From: an uncultured Sellimonas sp. | GTDB lineage: Bacteria > Bacillota > Clostridia > Lachnospirales > Lachnospiraceae | Assembly (NCBI GenBank): GCA_963559135.1 | Contig: CAUWJP010000002.1 | Coordinates: 2,572 to 66,571, forward strand | Reading direction: 5' to 3' | DNA: 64,000 nt | Shown here: one piece after another, positions 1-10,387 of the stretch | How the letters are laid out: every line of letters begins with the position of its first letter | How positions within the stretch are numbered: the stretch's first letter is position 1 | Notes under the pieces: model-generated | The model's database searches: none | The model's input: the letters and a program-made list of their open reading frames with translations, nothing else | What the model was told of the DNA's origin: nothing | Translations under genes and position numbers: made by a program

Positions 1-102
1 TTTTGCCGCTTCCTCACCAGTAGCACTGGACTGTTCCAGATTCATCACCCGGTCTGCCATATTATAATCCTCAAAATATTGTTTTACTGCTTCAAAAGAC
101 AT
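1..102 (-). CDS. Partial CDS: first 34 codons of a gene that continues past the left window edge. The N-terminus resembles YbaK/EbsC-type aminoacyl-tRNA editing-domain proteins.
   Basis: Too short for the ORF track. The reverse strand has ATG at 102..100 preceded by purine-rich AGGTGAGAGAAG and reads MSFEAVKQYFEDYNMADRVMNLEQSSATGEEAAK to the edge. The family call rests only on remembered similar N-termini. Confidence 0.35.
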   Translation of the reverse strand, partial: MSFEAVKQYFEDYNMADRVMNLEQSSATGEEAAK

Positions 103-296
103 CTTCTCTCACCTGATATCACAGAAACACTATGACACCTTTCTTCTACAATCTTTCCTCAAAATTTCTGCTCCATACTCTGATTGATATTACCATAAAT
201 CTTTTCCCGAAATCTGTCAATTCATCTGTTTTTATTTGCTTCTTTCTACTTGTAATCTTAAACCTTATTTCTTCTATGTTCTAATCATGAAAATGA

Positions 297-365
297 TCAA
301 AAAACACCTTTCTGTTCTTATCGCAGCCAAATCGTCTGCCGATTGAAAAGAAAGGTGTTTTTCTG
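297..365 (-). terminator. Intrinsic terminator ending the nucleoside operon (possibly bidirectional)
   Basis: Stem ACACCTTTC (304..312) pairs with GAAAGGTGT (350..358). It is flanked by an A-run upstream and a T-run downstream on the plus strand, and lies 10 nt after the stop of 375..998. Confidence 0.5.
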
Positions 366-374
366 TTCCTTTTA

Positions 375-998
375 TTATTTCTTTAATTCTTTCACGTAGA
401 CCCCATCATTTTTCTGAAATCCCATTGTCTGAAGATAGGATTCGTGCGGTCCTGCTTTCCCGGTAAAGATCAGTTTTTGTATCCCCTGTTCTTTCAGTCT
501 GCCGTACAGGTATTTACCAACGGAACAGTCCCTGTAGGTCGGTGTCGAGTAATCCAGTGCAACCTCCACTTCTCCGTCTGCTCTTCTCTTTCCAAGAAAA
601 ATGCCTGCCGGTTCCACATCGTGACAGATGATGTATGCTGCATCGTATTGCGGAAGTGCCTCATCAGATCCTTCAAATCCCGGGAAGTATTTCCGGATAT
701 CTTCTTTATAATAATTCAGAAGATAGTGGATCAGAGATTCTTCTGAATCTCCTTCTACGAAATGATAGGCCCGTTCTGTTTTCCTGATCCGGATCAGATA
801 ATAAATATTAATGATAACCAGACAGGTGTTCATCAGGGCTGTCGGGTATGCATTGATGATCAGTGCATAGATCGCGCTGATCACGCCGCCGGCTGCGTTG
901 ATGACCCTCAGTTTGAAAACCGATGTCATCAAAAAGGAAATCAGTACAAGGGCGGAGCCGACATACCCGACCAGTTCAACAATCATACGAGTATCCAA
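375..998 (-). CDS. YgjV-like 3-TM membrane domain fused to a soluble GNAT-like C-terminal domain
   Basis: The N-terminal ~75 aa form three hydrophobic helices (VELVGYVGSALVLISFLM, VINAAGGVISAIYALII, ALMNTCLVIINIYYLI) typical of the YgjV family, followed by a ~130 aa soluble domain. It starts 14 nt after the deoC stop, so it is probably the last gene of the operon. Confidence 0.55.
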   Translation of the reverse strand: MDTRMIVELVGYVGSALVLISFLMTSVFKLRVINAAGGVISAIYALIINAYPTALMNTCLVIINIYYLIRIRKTERAYHFVEGDSEESLIHYLLNYYKEDIRKYFPGFEGSDEALPQYDAAYIICHDVEPAGIFLGKRRADGEVEVALDYSTPTYRDCSVGKYLYGRLKEQGIQKLIFTGKAGPHESYLQTMGFQKNDGVYVKELKK

Positions 999-1012
999 AC
1001 GGTCTCCTCCTT

Positions 1013-1684
1013 CTAGTATCCGGCACCTGCATCCGGGCTGTTCTTCATGATTTTCACAAGTCTGCTTGTTCCAAGCCGTTCTGCTCCGAGACGAATGAAT
1101 TCATCTGCATCATCAAAAGAAGAGATTCCGCCTGCCGCTTTGACTTTAACATCTTTTCCTACATGTGTTCTCATCAGTTCCACATCTGCAAATGTGGCTC
1201 CTGCAGTAGAGAATCCGGTAGAAGTCTTGATGTATTCTGCTCCTGCCTTTGTGACAATTTCACACATTTTAATTTTTTCTTCCTCAGTCAGTAAACATGT
1301 CTCAATGATGACTTTCAGAATTCTACCGTCGCATGCTTCATGGATCTGGCGGATTTCTTCTTCGATTTCTTCATATTTTTTGTCTTTGAGATCACCGATA
1401 TTGATGACCATATCGATCTCATCCGCTCCGTTTGCAATAGCATCCTTCGTCTCAAACACTTTGACTGCTGTCGTACTATAGCCATTCGGAAATCCGATCA
1501 CAGTACAGATCGGAAGTTTTCCTTCTACATACTCGGCGGAACGTTTCACATAGGAAGCCGGAATACAGGCGGAAGCCGCCTCATACTTCATGGCATCGTC
1601 CAGAATCTGGCGAATTTCATCCCATGTAGCAGTCTGTGTCAGTAAAGTATGGTCTACATATTTTAAAATTTCTTTTTTATCCAT
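1013..1684 (-). CDS. deoC: Deoxyribose-phosphate aldolase
   Basis: [15 protein letters not shown]..., DMVINIG, KVIIETC..., IKTSTGF (Schiff-base Lys context) and KAAGGI motifs. The start was moved to the internal ATG at 1684 (GGAAAGAGG RBS), 1 nt from the add stop; the track ORF extension to 1768 overlaps add. Confidence 0.9.
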   Translation of the reverse strand: MDKKEILKYVDHTLLTQTATWDEIRQILDDAMKYEAASACIPASYVKRSAEYVEGKLPICTVIGFPNGYSTTAVKVFETKDAIANGADEIDMVINIGDLKDKKYEEIEEEIRQIHEACDGRILKVIIETCLLTEEEKIKMCEIVTKAGAEYIKTSTGFSTAGATFADVELMRTHVGKDVKVKAAGGISSFDDADEFIRLGAERLGTSRLVKIMKNSPDAGAGY

Positions 1685-1685
1685 C

Positions 1686-2651
1686 TTAAACCTCTTTCCA
1701 TTCTGTTTCAAACAACTCTTTGATTTCCGGGTCGAATGCTGTCTCGGCCGCATTGCGGAGCAATGCAAGGATCAGTTTCTCGTCCCTTCCATACTGTTCA
1801 TAGATTTTCATTAATTCTTTTGTCATCGTAGTGCCACTGACCGTCCGGTTATCTGTGTTAATGCTTACTTTGATTCCGGCATCCACAAACTGTCTGAGCG
1901 GATACTCATCCCAGCTTCTGACCGCTTTTGTCTGGAAATTACTTGTCGGGCACATCTCCACCCCAATACCAGCCCTGGCATAAGCCTTCATCAATTCCCG
2001 ATCCTTTTTCAGTGCAATGCCATGTCCAATTCTTCTTGCTCCCAGTTCAAAGGCTTCACGGACATTTTCAAGATTTCCGGTTTCACCGGAATGGATAGTA
2101 AATGGCATGCCGATTCGTTTTGCTTTCCAGAAAAGTTCCCGGAAATTTTTCGTTGGAAATGCGGATTCATCTCCTGCCAGATCCAGAGCACACACACCTT
2201 TTCCAAGATACGTTCTTGCACAGGCAAGCATCTCCATATTCTGTTCCATACTGTGATTTCTCATTGCACAGACAATGATGCCATACCGTACATTGAAATC
2301 CTCTTTTGCCCGTTCCATTCCTTTTCTGACTGCTCCAATAACTTCATCGCAGCTCAGATTTTCGTGAACTGAAAGCATCGGTGCAAAGCGAACTTCAATA
2401 TATTTCATATTTTCCCGGGATATCTCTTTAACAAAGGTGTATGCACCTTCTTCCAGCCCTTCTGCATCCTGCAGACACTGTACAGGAAGATCAAACTTTT
2501 CGAGATATTCGGTCAGACTTCTGCAGTCTTCGGATACCGTCAACATTTCTTCAGGAACTGTTCTTCCCAGGTGGCGCTCTATCATCGTTTTTGTGAGAGA
2601 GCCATCCAGATGACAATGCAGGTCAATTTTTGGAAGCTGTTCTATATTCAT
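1686..2651 (-). CDS. add: Adenosine deaminase
   Basis: [12 protein letters not shown]-terminal metal motif, HSGE and SINTDN(R) motifs; 321 aa. Confidence 0.9.
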   Translation of the reverse strand: MNIEQLPKIDLHCHLDGSLTKTMIERHLGRTVPEEMLTVSEDCRSLTEYLEKFDLPVQCLQDAEGLEEGAYTFVKEISRENMKYIEVRFAPMLSVHENLSCDEVIGAVRKGMERAKEDFNVRYGIIVCAMRNHSMEQNMEMLACARTYLGKGVCALDLAGDESAFPTKNFRELFWKAKRIGMPFTIHSGETGNLENVREAFELGARRIGHGIALKKDRELMKAYARAGIGVEMCPTSNFQTKAVRSWDEYPLRQFVDAGIKVSINTDNRTVSGTTMTKELMKIYEQYGRDEKLILALLRNAAETAFDPEIKELFETEWKEV

Positions 2652-2677
2652 GTTCTCCCACCTTTCCCTGCTTATGA

Positions 2678-3490
2678 TTATAATGTTTCAATAATCTTTG
2701 TTACCAGCTTTTTGAAGTCTTTGGATACACGATCTGCGGTTTCCTGTACTTCTTTATGATCCAGTTTTTCCTTGCTCATTCCTGCTGCCAGATTTGTAAT
2801 GCAGGAGATTCCTCCGATCTCCATGCCCATATGACGTGCAGCCATTGCCTCGCAGGCTGTACTCATTCCGACTGAGTCTCCGCCCCAGATCCGGCACATT
2901 CTTACTTCAGACGGTGTCTCATAAGCCGGTCCTGTCAGCTGCACGTAGACACCTTCTTTCAGATCTATTCCACATTCTTCTGCCGAGGCACGAATCACAT
3001 CCTGAATCCGTTTGCTATACACTTCGCTCATATCTGGAAATCTTGATCCAAGATCTTCCATATTCGGTCCGATCAGTGGGCTTGGAACGCCTGTGGCAAT
3101 GTGGTCAGTCAGCATCATAAAGTCTCCCGGATGGAAGTTTTCGTTGATTCCTCCTGCTGCGTTTGTAAGGAGCAGTTTTTTCGCTCCGAGAAGTCCCATA
3201 AGGCGGGTCGGGAGAACAACATCAGACATCGGATATCCTTCGTAATAATGTACTCTTCCCTGCATGATCACAACCGGTACTTCTCCTACATATCCAAAGA
3301 CAAAACGTCCTTTATGCCCTTTCACTGTAGACACAGGGAATCCTTCAATATCAGAGTACTCCACTGTCGTTTCAATGCGGATTCCATCTGCATAATCTCC
3401 CAGTCCGCTTCCTAAAATCAATGCCACTTCCGGCTGAAAATCTGTTTTTTCTCTGATACTTGTCAGGCAAGTCATTAATTTCTTTTCCAT
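2678..3490 (-). CDS. punA: Purine nucleoside phosphorylase (trimeric PNP/PunA type)
   Basis: LILGSGLG, GHKGRFVFG, QGRVHYYEG, TNAAGGIN and GMSTACE motifs. Confidence 0.9.
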   Translation of the reverse strand: MEKKLMTCLTSIREKTDFQPEVALILGSGLGDYADGIRIETTVEYSDIEGFPVSTVKGHKGRFVFGYVGEVPVVIMQGRVHYYEGYPMSDVVLPTRLMGLLGAKKLLLTNAAGGINENFHPGDFMMLTDHIATGVPSPLIGPNMEDLGSRFPDMSEVYSKRIQDVIRASAEECGIDLKEGVYVQLTGPAYETPSEVRMCRIWGGDSVGMSTACEAMAARHMGMEIGGISCITNLAAGMSKEKLDHKEVQETADRVSKDFKKLVTKIIETL

Positions 3491-3505
3491 TTCTTTACCA
3501 CTCCT

Positions 3506-4237
3506 TTATAAATCTTCCGCCAGAATATCGGAGATCATTTCCTCCATCCGGCTGTATTGTTCCTTGTTTATCAGGATATAGCTGCCCTGTGTTGAAATCA
3601 TTCCGCTTTCTTTAAACTTTTTAATGGAACGGCTGATCGTCTTGACACAGAGTCCTGTAAAGTCCGACAGTTCCTGACGATCTCCTTTCATCTTCAGGAC
3701 ACCATTATGTGCGTATTTCCGATATCGTTTCATCAAAAGGAAGGCTACTCTGTCTGCCCCTTGAAGGAAGAGCAGCATCCGGCTGTCTCTTGCCTGCTCC
3801 AGAAGATATTCTCCCATCAGTCTACTTTCCTGCTGAAGGGCAACAATATCAGAATCCAGCCACTTTTTGAAACCTTCTTTCGGGATCTTCAGCACCGTAC
3901 ATTTGGTTGCCGTCTGCAGCGTCGTCTGATACTTGTCCAGGTTGATGATAACTTCCATTCCGCCGAATGCATAAACCTTTTCAAACATCATAAAATCATA
4001 GTTAATACCGTAGATTCTGTAATCTGTCGCTTTGATCAGACCTTTGACAATAAAGTAAATCATATCTGCAGGTTCGCCTTCCTGCACAAAGATCGTACCT
4101 TCCTCCAGTTCTTCCACAGAAAAGGTATCCATCAGCCACATTGGTGCTGTCCGGAAATATTGTTCAAATTGTTCCCTTCTATCTTTTTCGATTTCATTTA
4201 AAAACGGCAGAAATTTCGCCAGATACGTATTTTCCAT
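3506..4237 (-). CDS. Crp/Fnr-family transcriptional regulator
   Basis: An N-terminal cNMP-binding-like beta-roll (FVQEGEPADMIYFIVKG) and a C-terminal HTH (RQELSDFTGLCVKTISRSIKKFKESGMI). Confidence 0.8.
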   Translation of the reverse strand: MENTYLAKFLPFLNEIEKDRREQFEQYFRTAPMWLMDTFSVEELEEGTIFVQEGEPADMIYFIVKGLIKATDYRIYGINYDFMMFEKVYAFGGMEVIINLDKYQTTLQTATKCTVLKIPKEGFKKWLDSDIVALQQESRLMGEYLLEQARDSRMLLFLQGADRVAFLLMKRYRKYAHNGVLKMKGDRQELSDFTGLCVKTISRSIKKFKESGMISTQGSYILINKEQYSRMEEMISDILAEDL

Positions 4238-4247
4238 CGTTTCTCTC

Positions 4248-5531
4248 CTACTGTTTTCTTATACCTGTCACCTGTTTTCCTTTCACATACTTTGCTTCAA
4301 TTACCGCATCCTGATCCAGATAGATGAGGCGTTCCAGACGGTCTCTTACAGAAAGAGTTCTGGCATGACGGATTCTGGAATCATCAATCACCACCGCATC
4401 AAATTCGTAACCTGCTTCCAGACTTCCTACTGTTCCAAAGAATTCTCCGCCTCCTTTTGTAGCGAGATAGAATACTTCCTCTACAGTCAACGGTTTTATG
4501 CTCTGGTCTGCAAGTCTCCATCTGAGCTTGGAGCACTGGATAGCCATGGCCATCACCCGGAACATAGAGAGGGAGGAACCGGCTGCCACGTCTGTACCGA
4601 GTCCCATTTTCATACCCATTTCCAGATACCGTTTTGCCGGAGCAATTCCGGATGACAGATTGGCGTTGGATTCCGGACAATGTGCAATGAATACACCCTG
4701 TTCTTTCATCATCCCGATTTCCTCTTCACTGCTGTATACACAATGTGCCATGATGGTCGGGCAGTCTCCTCCGAAAAGTCCGAACATCCGGTATGCATCC
4801 CCGTAGCAGGATGCTTTTGGCTGCAGTTCTTTGACCCACTCTATCTCGCTTAAGTTTTCCGAGAGATGAGATTGTGCCGGAAGTCCGTATTGTTTCTGCA
4901 ATGTCGAAAGCCGTTCCATCAGTTCATCGGAACAGGTCGGAATAAATCTCGGAGTCAGAATCGGTCTGACATTGGAAAGATCTGCAGATGCCTTAATCCA
5001 TGATTCTGTATCTTCTGCTGATACCTCAGCACTTTTTTCGCAAAGTCCTTCAGAGCTGTTCCGATCCATATTGACTTTTCCCACATATCCTGCAAGTCCT
5101 GCTTTTTCCATCTGTTCCATCAGCCAGAGTGTGGCGTCTTTATGGCATGTTCCAAATACACAGGCTCTTGTTGTAGCACTGTGAAGAAGATCCTCCACAA
5201 AGATGGAATATGCCTTTTTCGCATAGTCCGGATTCTGATATTTCTCTTCTTCCGGAAATGTATGTGTGTTCAGCCAGTCAATGAGCTCCAGATCCATTCC
5301 CAGTCCACGGAACGAATATTGCGGAGCATGAACATGGAGATCGACAAGTCCCGGAATGATCAGTCTGTCACCGTAATCGTGACAGCTGATTCCCTTCCAT
5401 TGTTCTGGAAGCTCCTTGAAAATTCCAATACTTTTCCCGTCTTCGCAGACCACATATCCATGTTCCATTGTCTGAATTCTCTTCTGATTTTCACTGTAAC
5501 AGATATTCCCTTTGATCGCAAATCTTTCCAT
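4248..5531 (-). CDS. guaD: Guanine deaminase-like amidohydrolase
   Basis: Amidohydrolase metal motif PGLVDLHVHAPQ, a downstream HLSEN and a GTDVAAG motif; 427 aa, in a purine-catabolic context. Guanine as substrate is inferred. Confidence 0.65.
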   Translation of the reverse strand: MERFAIKGNICYSENQKRIQTMEHGYVVCEDGKSIGIFKELPEQWKGISCHDYGDRLIIPGLVDLHVHAPQYSFRGLGMDLELIDWLNTHTFPEEEKYQNPDYAKKAYSIFVEDLLHSATTRACVFGTCHKDATLWLMEQMEKAGLAGYVGKVNMDRNSSEGLCEKSAEVSAEDTESWIKASADLSNVRPILTPRFIPTCSDELMERLSTLQKQYGLPAQSHLSENLSEIEWVKELQPKASCYGDAYRMFGLFGGDCPTIMAHCVYSSEEEIGMMKEQGVFIAHCPESNANLSSGIAPAKRYLEMGMKMGLGTDVAAGSSLSMFRVMAMAIQCSKLRWRLADQSIKPLTVEEVFYLATKGGGEFFGTVGSLEAGYEFDAVVIDDSRIRHARTLSVRDRLERLIYLDQDAVIEAKYVKGKQVTGIRKQ

Positions 5532-5564
5532 GTTGTCCTCTCCTTGATCTGATTTTCCTGTTTC

Positions 5565-6506
5565 TTATCTTTGTCCCTTGTCGTAAGGGATACCTTCCGC
5601 CTTCGGTGCTTTTGAATTCCTTGAGAACAAAGCGAGCACCACAAGGGAAATGATGTATGGAAGCATGTTATAAACAGCGCTTGGTATATTAAGCATTTCC
5701 AGAATATCGAATCCGGAGTATACGTTTGACAGAGCCCGGAACAGTCCAAACAGAAGTGCTGCCAGACCGATCAGTTTCGGCTCCCACTGTCCGAAGATCA
5801 TAACCGCCAGAGCAAGGAATCCAAAGCCTGCCACGCCGTTTTCGAATTTCCACTCGCTGACACCGGCTGTGATGTAGACGATTCCTCCAAGTCCTCCGAA
5901 AAGTCCTGAAATCATAACTCCTGCATAGCGCATTTTGTAAACATTGATTCCGACGGAGTCTGCTGCCTGCGGATGTTCTCCACATGCCCGAAGTCTGAGT
6001 CCGAATCTGGTCTTGTAAAGTACAACGTGTGCCACGATGAGAAGAATGATTGCTAGAATCATGAACCAGCTGACTTCAAAGTTTCCGATTTTAAATGCTG
6101 AAAATGCTTTTCTCTGCTCGATGTACTGAATCGAGGAAGAAACATTATTTACATTTTCTCCCATATTGATGGCTTTGACAAATACGGTTGCAGCCGCTGT
6201 TCCAAGCAGATTCATCGCCGTTCCGACCAGTGTCTGATCTGCTTTGAAATTGATGGCAGATACTGCGAGTAACAGTGAGTAGATGACTCCAAAAAGAATA
6301 CTTCCGATCACCACTGCCAGAATCATCAAAGCTTCCGGCAGATTTCCCATATACTTCATTACCAGTGCTCCTCCGAGAGCTCCGATAACCATCGTTCCTT
6401 CCAGTCCGAGATTGATCACACCGCTTCGTTCAGAAAAGCATCCGCCAAGGGCCACAAGCATCAGGACTGATGCATAAATCAATGTATATTGTAACAAGAG
6501 TGCCAT
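5565..6506 (-). CDS. nupQ: Nucleoside ABC transporter permease (BMP-type system)
   Basis: Polytopic membrane protein. Its position and size match the second permease of the B. subtilis nupNOPQ arrangement; the symbol is assigned by synteny only. Confidence 0.75.
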   Translation of the reverse strand: MALLLQYTLIYASVLMLVALGGCFSERSGVINLGLEGTMVIGALGGALVMKYMGNLPEALMILAVVIGSILFGVIYSLLLAVSAINFKADQTLVGTAMNLLGTAAATVFVKAINMGENVNNVSSSIQYIEQRKAFSAFKIGNFEVSWFMILAIILLIVAHVVLYKTRFGLRLRACGEHPQAADSVGINVYKMRYAGVMISGLFGGLGGIVYITAGVSEWKFENGVAGFGFLALAVMIFGQWEPKLIGLAALLFGLFRALSNVYSGFDILEMLNIPSAVYNMLPYIISLVVLALFSRNSKAPKAEGIPYDKGQR

Positions 6507-6523
6507 ATTTTCTTCCTCCTTCC

Positions 6524-7615
6524 CTATTTCTTTGCTTTTCTGTTCATGCAGTACTTAAAGAATAATACAAATCCGCAGAAGTAAATGATGATCGCTGAAA
6601 TCAGATCTGAAATCTGCGCACAATATACCATCTTGTCCACATAGGAACCACCGCTTGTAATGTGCTGAATGAAAAATGCTGAGAAGATGCTTCCGATCGG
6701 ATTCAGTCCTCCGAGGAATGCTGCTGCGATTCCATTAAATCCCATAGCCGGCACTGCAGTCTGAGCACAGGACCACTGTTCGATTCCACTTAAGTAAAGG
6801 AATGCTGCTCCAAGTCCTGAAAGGCATCCTGCAATCACCATTGTAAGGATCATGTTGCGTTTTTCCTTCATACCTGCATATTTTGCGGCATTTTTATTTA
6901 ATCCGGTTGCTTTTAATTCATATCCAAGTTTTGTTTTACTCATAATGACCCACACAAGAACCGCAATGATCACAGCAAGCGGAATGGCAATTGTGACATA
7001 ACGGTTGTCTGAAAACAGTTTGTCCAGTCCCAGACTTGGGATCAGACCGCCCGGGCTATTTGTTTTCAGTGCCATTGTATAAGTAGTACTGGATTCTTTG
7101 ACATTTGTCAGAAGCATATTCACACTGTAAAGGCTGATCCAGTTCAGCATGATTCCTGCAATAACCTCATTTACATTCAGGTACGCTTTCAGTATTCCCG
7201 CAATTCCTCCGAGGATTCCGCCGCCGATCATGGCTGCGATCATGCAGATATACCAAGGCATCTGATAAGCCAGTGCAAGATAAAGAGCAAGTCCTGCACC
7301 TACCGCATACTGTCCGGAAGCTCCGATGTTGAAAAGCCCTACTTTATAGGCGAACAAAATAGACAATGTACACATCAGAAGCGGCGCAGTCTTAGCAAGT
7401 GTACTTCCGAAATATTCCAGCGCAACTTCCGGTCTAGGGAAGTATAAAAAGTTTTTAAGGATCGATGTCATCGCATCCCAGGCCCCTGCCGGATTAATAC
7501 ATAACAGTACAACATATCCTACGATCAGTCCGAGTGCAATACAGATCAGAGAGGCCACGACAGTCTGCACACCGTCAATCTGCAGAAACCGTTTCTTTTC
7601 ATTTTTTGTATTCAT
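6524..7615 (-). CDS. nupP: Nucleoside ABC transporter permease (BMP-type system)
   Basis: Polytopic membrane protein of 363 aa, the first permease after the ATPase; the symbol is assigned by synteny only. Confidence 0.75.
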   Translation of the reverse strand: MNTKNEKKRFLQIDGVQTVVASLICIALGLIVGYVVLLCINPAGAWDAMTSILKNFLYFPRPEVALEYFGSTLAKTAPLLMCTLSILFAYKVGLFNIGASGQYAVGAGLALYLALAYQMPWYICMIAAMIGGGILGGIAGILKAYLNVNEVIAGIMLNWISLYSVNMLLTNVKESSTTYTMALKTNSPGGLIPSLGLDKLFSDNRYVTIAIPLAVIIAVLVWVIMSKTKLGYELKATGLNKNAAKYAGMKEKRNMILTMVIAGCLSGLGAAFLYLSGIEQWSCAQTAVPAMGFNGIAAAFLGGLNPIGSIFSAFFIQHITSGGSYVDKMVYCAQISDLISAIIIYFCGFVLFFKYCMNRKAKK

Positions 7616-7618
7616 ATC

Positions 7619-9145
7619 CTACACCTCCTGTTTCTTCGCACCGGTCATATACAGACCAAGTTCCTCGACAGTTACTTCGTCCGGCTTGAATTCTCCGACC
7701 AGTCTTCCTTCGTACATAACTAAAATCCGGTCCGGCACATCCATAACTTCATCAAGTTCCAGACTGACAAGAAGAACGGCCTTTCCTGCATCTCTCTGCT
7801 CAATCAGCTGTTTATGAATGAATTCAATCGCTCCGATATCGACACCTCTGGTCGGCTGTACCGCAATCAGAAGATCCGGATCTTTATCAATTTCTCTCGC
7901 AATAATTGCTTTCTGCTGATTTCCTCCCGACATGGATCGTACGATTGTGGAAGATCCCTGTCCGGAACGAACATCATATTCTTCAATCAGTCTGTCCGAG
8001 TATTCCCGGATTTCTTTCCTTTTTAATAATCCAAACTTATTGGTAAACTGCGGCTCAAAATATTTCTGAAGCACCATATTGTCTTCCAGTGAATAATCCA
8101 GAACCAACCCGTGTTTATGACGGTCTTCCGGTATATGGCTCATCCCCATAGTAGAACGCTGACGAACAGATGCTTTCGTAATATCTTTTCCATTCAGACT
8201 AATTTGTCCGCTCTTTAACGGTTCCAGTCCTGACAGACCATAAACAAGTTCTGTCTGCCCGTTTCCGTCAATTCCTGTCACACAGACAATTTCTCCTTTG
8301 CGAACCTGGAAAGACATATCCTGCACAGCATCTTTTTTATTCTGTCCTGCAACAGTCATATTCCTGACATCCAGAACAACTTCTCCCGGTTTTGCCTCCT
8401 CTTTTTCTACTTTGAAAGATACATTTCTTCCTACCATCATGGCTGAAAGTTTCTCAGGTGTTGTATCCTTCGTCTCCACCGTTCCGACATATTTTCCTTT
8501 TCTGAGTACAGTACAGCGGTCTGAAACTTCCATGATTTCATTGAGTTTGTGAGATATGAAAAGGATGCTCTTTCCTTCTTTTGCAAGCCCTTTCATGATC
8601 TGCATCAGTTCATCAATCTCCTGGACTGTCAGTACAGCTGTCGGCTCGTCGAAAATCAGAATCTCATTGTCCCTGTACAGCATCTTTAAAATTTCCGTTC
8701 TCTGCTGCATTCCAACTGTGATATTTTCAACAATGGCATCCGGATCAATCTGAAGATGATACCGTTCAGACAGTTCCATCACTTTTTTCCTTGCTTCGTC
8801 TTTTTTCAGTAATCCTCCCTGGACAGGCTCAGCTCCAAGAATAATGTTGTCCAGTACGGAGAAGCATTCCACCAGCTTGAAATGCTGATGTACCATTCCG
8901 ATTCCCAGTGCATTGGCATCATTCGGGTTTTTGATTTCTACTTTTTTCCCATCTTTTCTGATTTCACCTTCTTCCGGCTGATAAAGTCCGAACAGAACGC
9001 TCATGAGGGTGGATTTTCCCGCACCATTCTCCCCAAGGAGCGCATGAATCTCACCTTTTTTCAGCTGCAGGGTGATATTGTCGTTTGCTATAATACCAGG
9101 AAATCTCTTCGTAATATTGAGCATTTCAACTGCGTATTCTCCCAT
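7619..9145 (-). CDS. nupO: Nucleoside/sugar-type ABC transporter ATP-binding protein (duplicated ATPase domains)
   Basis: Walker A GENGAGKST, an LSGGNQQK-like signature (MSGGNQQK) and two nucleotide-binding domains in 508 aa. Confidence 0.85.
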   Translation of the reverse strand: MGEYAVEMLNITKRFPGIIANDNITLQLKKGEIHALLGENGAGKSTLMSVLFGLYQPEEGEIRKDGKKVEIKNPNDANALGIGMVHQHFKLVECFSVLDNIILGAEPVQGGLLKKDEARKKVMELSERYHLQIDPDAIVENITVGMQQRTEILKMLYRDNEILIFDEPTAVLTVQEIDELMQIMKGLAKEGKSILFISHKLNEIMEVSDRCTVLRKGKYVGTVETKDTTPEKLSAMMVGRNVSFKVEKEEAKPGEVVLDVRNMTVAGQNKKDAVQDMSFQVRKGEIVCVTGIDGNGQTELVYGLSGLEPLKSGQISLNGKDITKASVRQRSTMGMSHIPEDRHKHGLVLDYSLEDNMVLQKYFEPQFTNKFGLLKRKEIREYSDRLIEEYDVRSGQGSSTIVRSMSGGNQQKAIIAREIDKDPDLLIAVQPTRGVDIGAIEFIHKQLIEQRDAGKAVLLVSLELDEVMDVPDRILVMYEGRLVGEFKPDEVTVEELGLYMTGAKKQEV

Positions 9146-9172
9146 GTTCCTTTCCTCCTTCCGGTATTTCTT

Positions 9173-10360
9173 CTACATGATTGATCCTTGTCTTTCGTCC
9201 ACTTTTACTTCTACTGCCGGCATCTTGTCTGTAGAGTTGTCGATCTTGATTTGTCCATCATAAATCTTTTCGACGAGTTCATGATAATCATCTACAGTAA
9301 AGCCATCATTCCATTGTGTTGCATCTTCCGGAAGTCCTACATAGTTTACTGTCGTATCTGTTCCCGAAATCAATCCAAGATTTTCAATCTTTCCTACATG
9401 TTCCTCCCATGTATCATCAACAATAATGGAATTCAACATCGCTTTTACTGTTGCTCCCAGACCTTTCATTGCCGATGTCACTGTCATTCCTTCGCCGTAC
9501 GCATCGATAATCGGAGACTGGTCACTGTCCACACCGATCATCTTTCCACCCACTTTTGCTGCCGCCTCTGCCGCAGAAGTGAAGATTCCACCGCCGCACG
9601 CAAATACAATCTCTGTTCCCTGACTGTACCAGGTATCCATCGCCGCCGTAATTTCTGTGGAACCGTAAAACTGTCCGCCGTATGCATACTCAACTTCAAC
9701 CTGATCTACAATCCCCAGCTCTTTAGCCGCATCATTGATTCCCTGCACATAGCCGAATCCATAACGCATAACCGCCGGCACTGCCTGTCCACCAAGGAAT
9801 CCAAGTTTTCTGTATCCAAGCTTCACAGCTGCATATCCGGCCATGTATCCCGGAATTTCTTCCTGATATACCGCACAGTATGTGTTTTTCGTATTATAGT
9901 AGTCTGCCGCTTCATAAGCATCCGGATTTTCATAATATTTACTTCCGACTGCCGCTGCAATAATGTCTCCCGCAGTCATGTCAAGTGCAATAAATTTCAC
10001 ATCCGGATATTTATATGTTACTTCTACCAGTGCCGGTGCGAAGATGTATCCAGGCATTACAATGATGTTGTAACCCTCAGCTACAGCCACATCGATCATA
10101 GCAATCCGGGCATAATCTGTATCACCGTCCGGTTTTTTGTATGTGAAATCAATATTATTATCCGTACAATATTCAAGACATGCTTCATAGGTCGTCTGGT
10201 TAAAAGACTGGTCCGTAATATCACCGCTGTCTGTAATCATAGCCACACGATATTTGGAGTTTCCACTGCCCTGGCTTGATTTTGACGGTCCGCATCCTAC
10301 AGCAGCAATCGCCATGCAGACTATGAGAACTAAAGCGGTAAGTCGTTTCATTCGTTTCAT
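9173..10360 (-). CDS. nupN: BMP-family (PnrA/Med-like) nucleoside-binding lipoprotein
   Basis: Signal peptide with lipobox (AIAAVGC), plus BMP-family length and composition; it lies directly upstream of the ABC ATPase. Confidence 0.8.
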   Translation of the reverse strand: MKRMKRLTALVLIVCMAIAAVGCGPSKSSQGSGNSKYRVAMITDSGDITDQSFNQTTYEACLEYCTDNNIDFTYKKPDGDTDYARIAMIDVAVAEGYNIIVMPGYIFAPALVEVTYKYPDVKFIALDMTAGDIIAAAVGSKYYENPDAYEAADYYNTKNTYCAVYQEEIPGYMAGYAAVKLGYRKLGFLGGQAVPAVMRYGFGYVQGINDAAKELGIVDQVEVEYAYGGQFYGSTEITAAMDTWYSQGTEIVFACGGGIFTSAAEAAAKVGGKMIGVDSDQSPIIDAYGEGMTVTSAMKGLGATVKAMLNSIIVDDTWEEHVGKIENLGLISGTDTTVNYVGLPEDATQWNDGFTVDDYHELVEKIYDGQIKIDNSTDKMPAVEVKVDERQGSIM

Positions 10361-10387
10361 GTCTTTTTCCTCCTTTCAGAATGACAG

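Noticed and set aside
1685-1768. N-terminal extensions in the ORF track for deoC, and likewise for deoB 11579..11614, the response regulator 13013..13093, BASS 20157..20249, GH1 30684..30725, TetR 42425..42484, hemerythrin 48895..48945, pepT 53730..53795 and others.
   Set aside because: The extensions overlap upstream genes or leaders and lack an RBS. Internal ATGs with GGAGG-like sites coincide with the conserved family N-termini.
9188-10279. A 363-aa plus-strand ORF, and similar long antisense ORFs at 24308..25537, 25919..26857, 44053..45066, 57560..58354 and 10802..11437.
   Set aside because: Each lies entirely antisense to a well-supported gene with clear family motifs. Their translations are Cys/Arg/Ile/Phe-rich low-complexity strings without an RBS. 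They are typical shadow ORFs.
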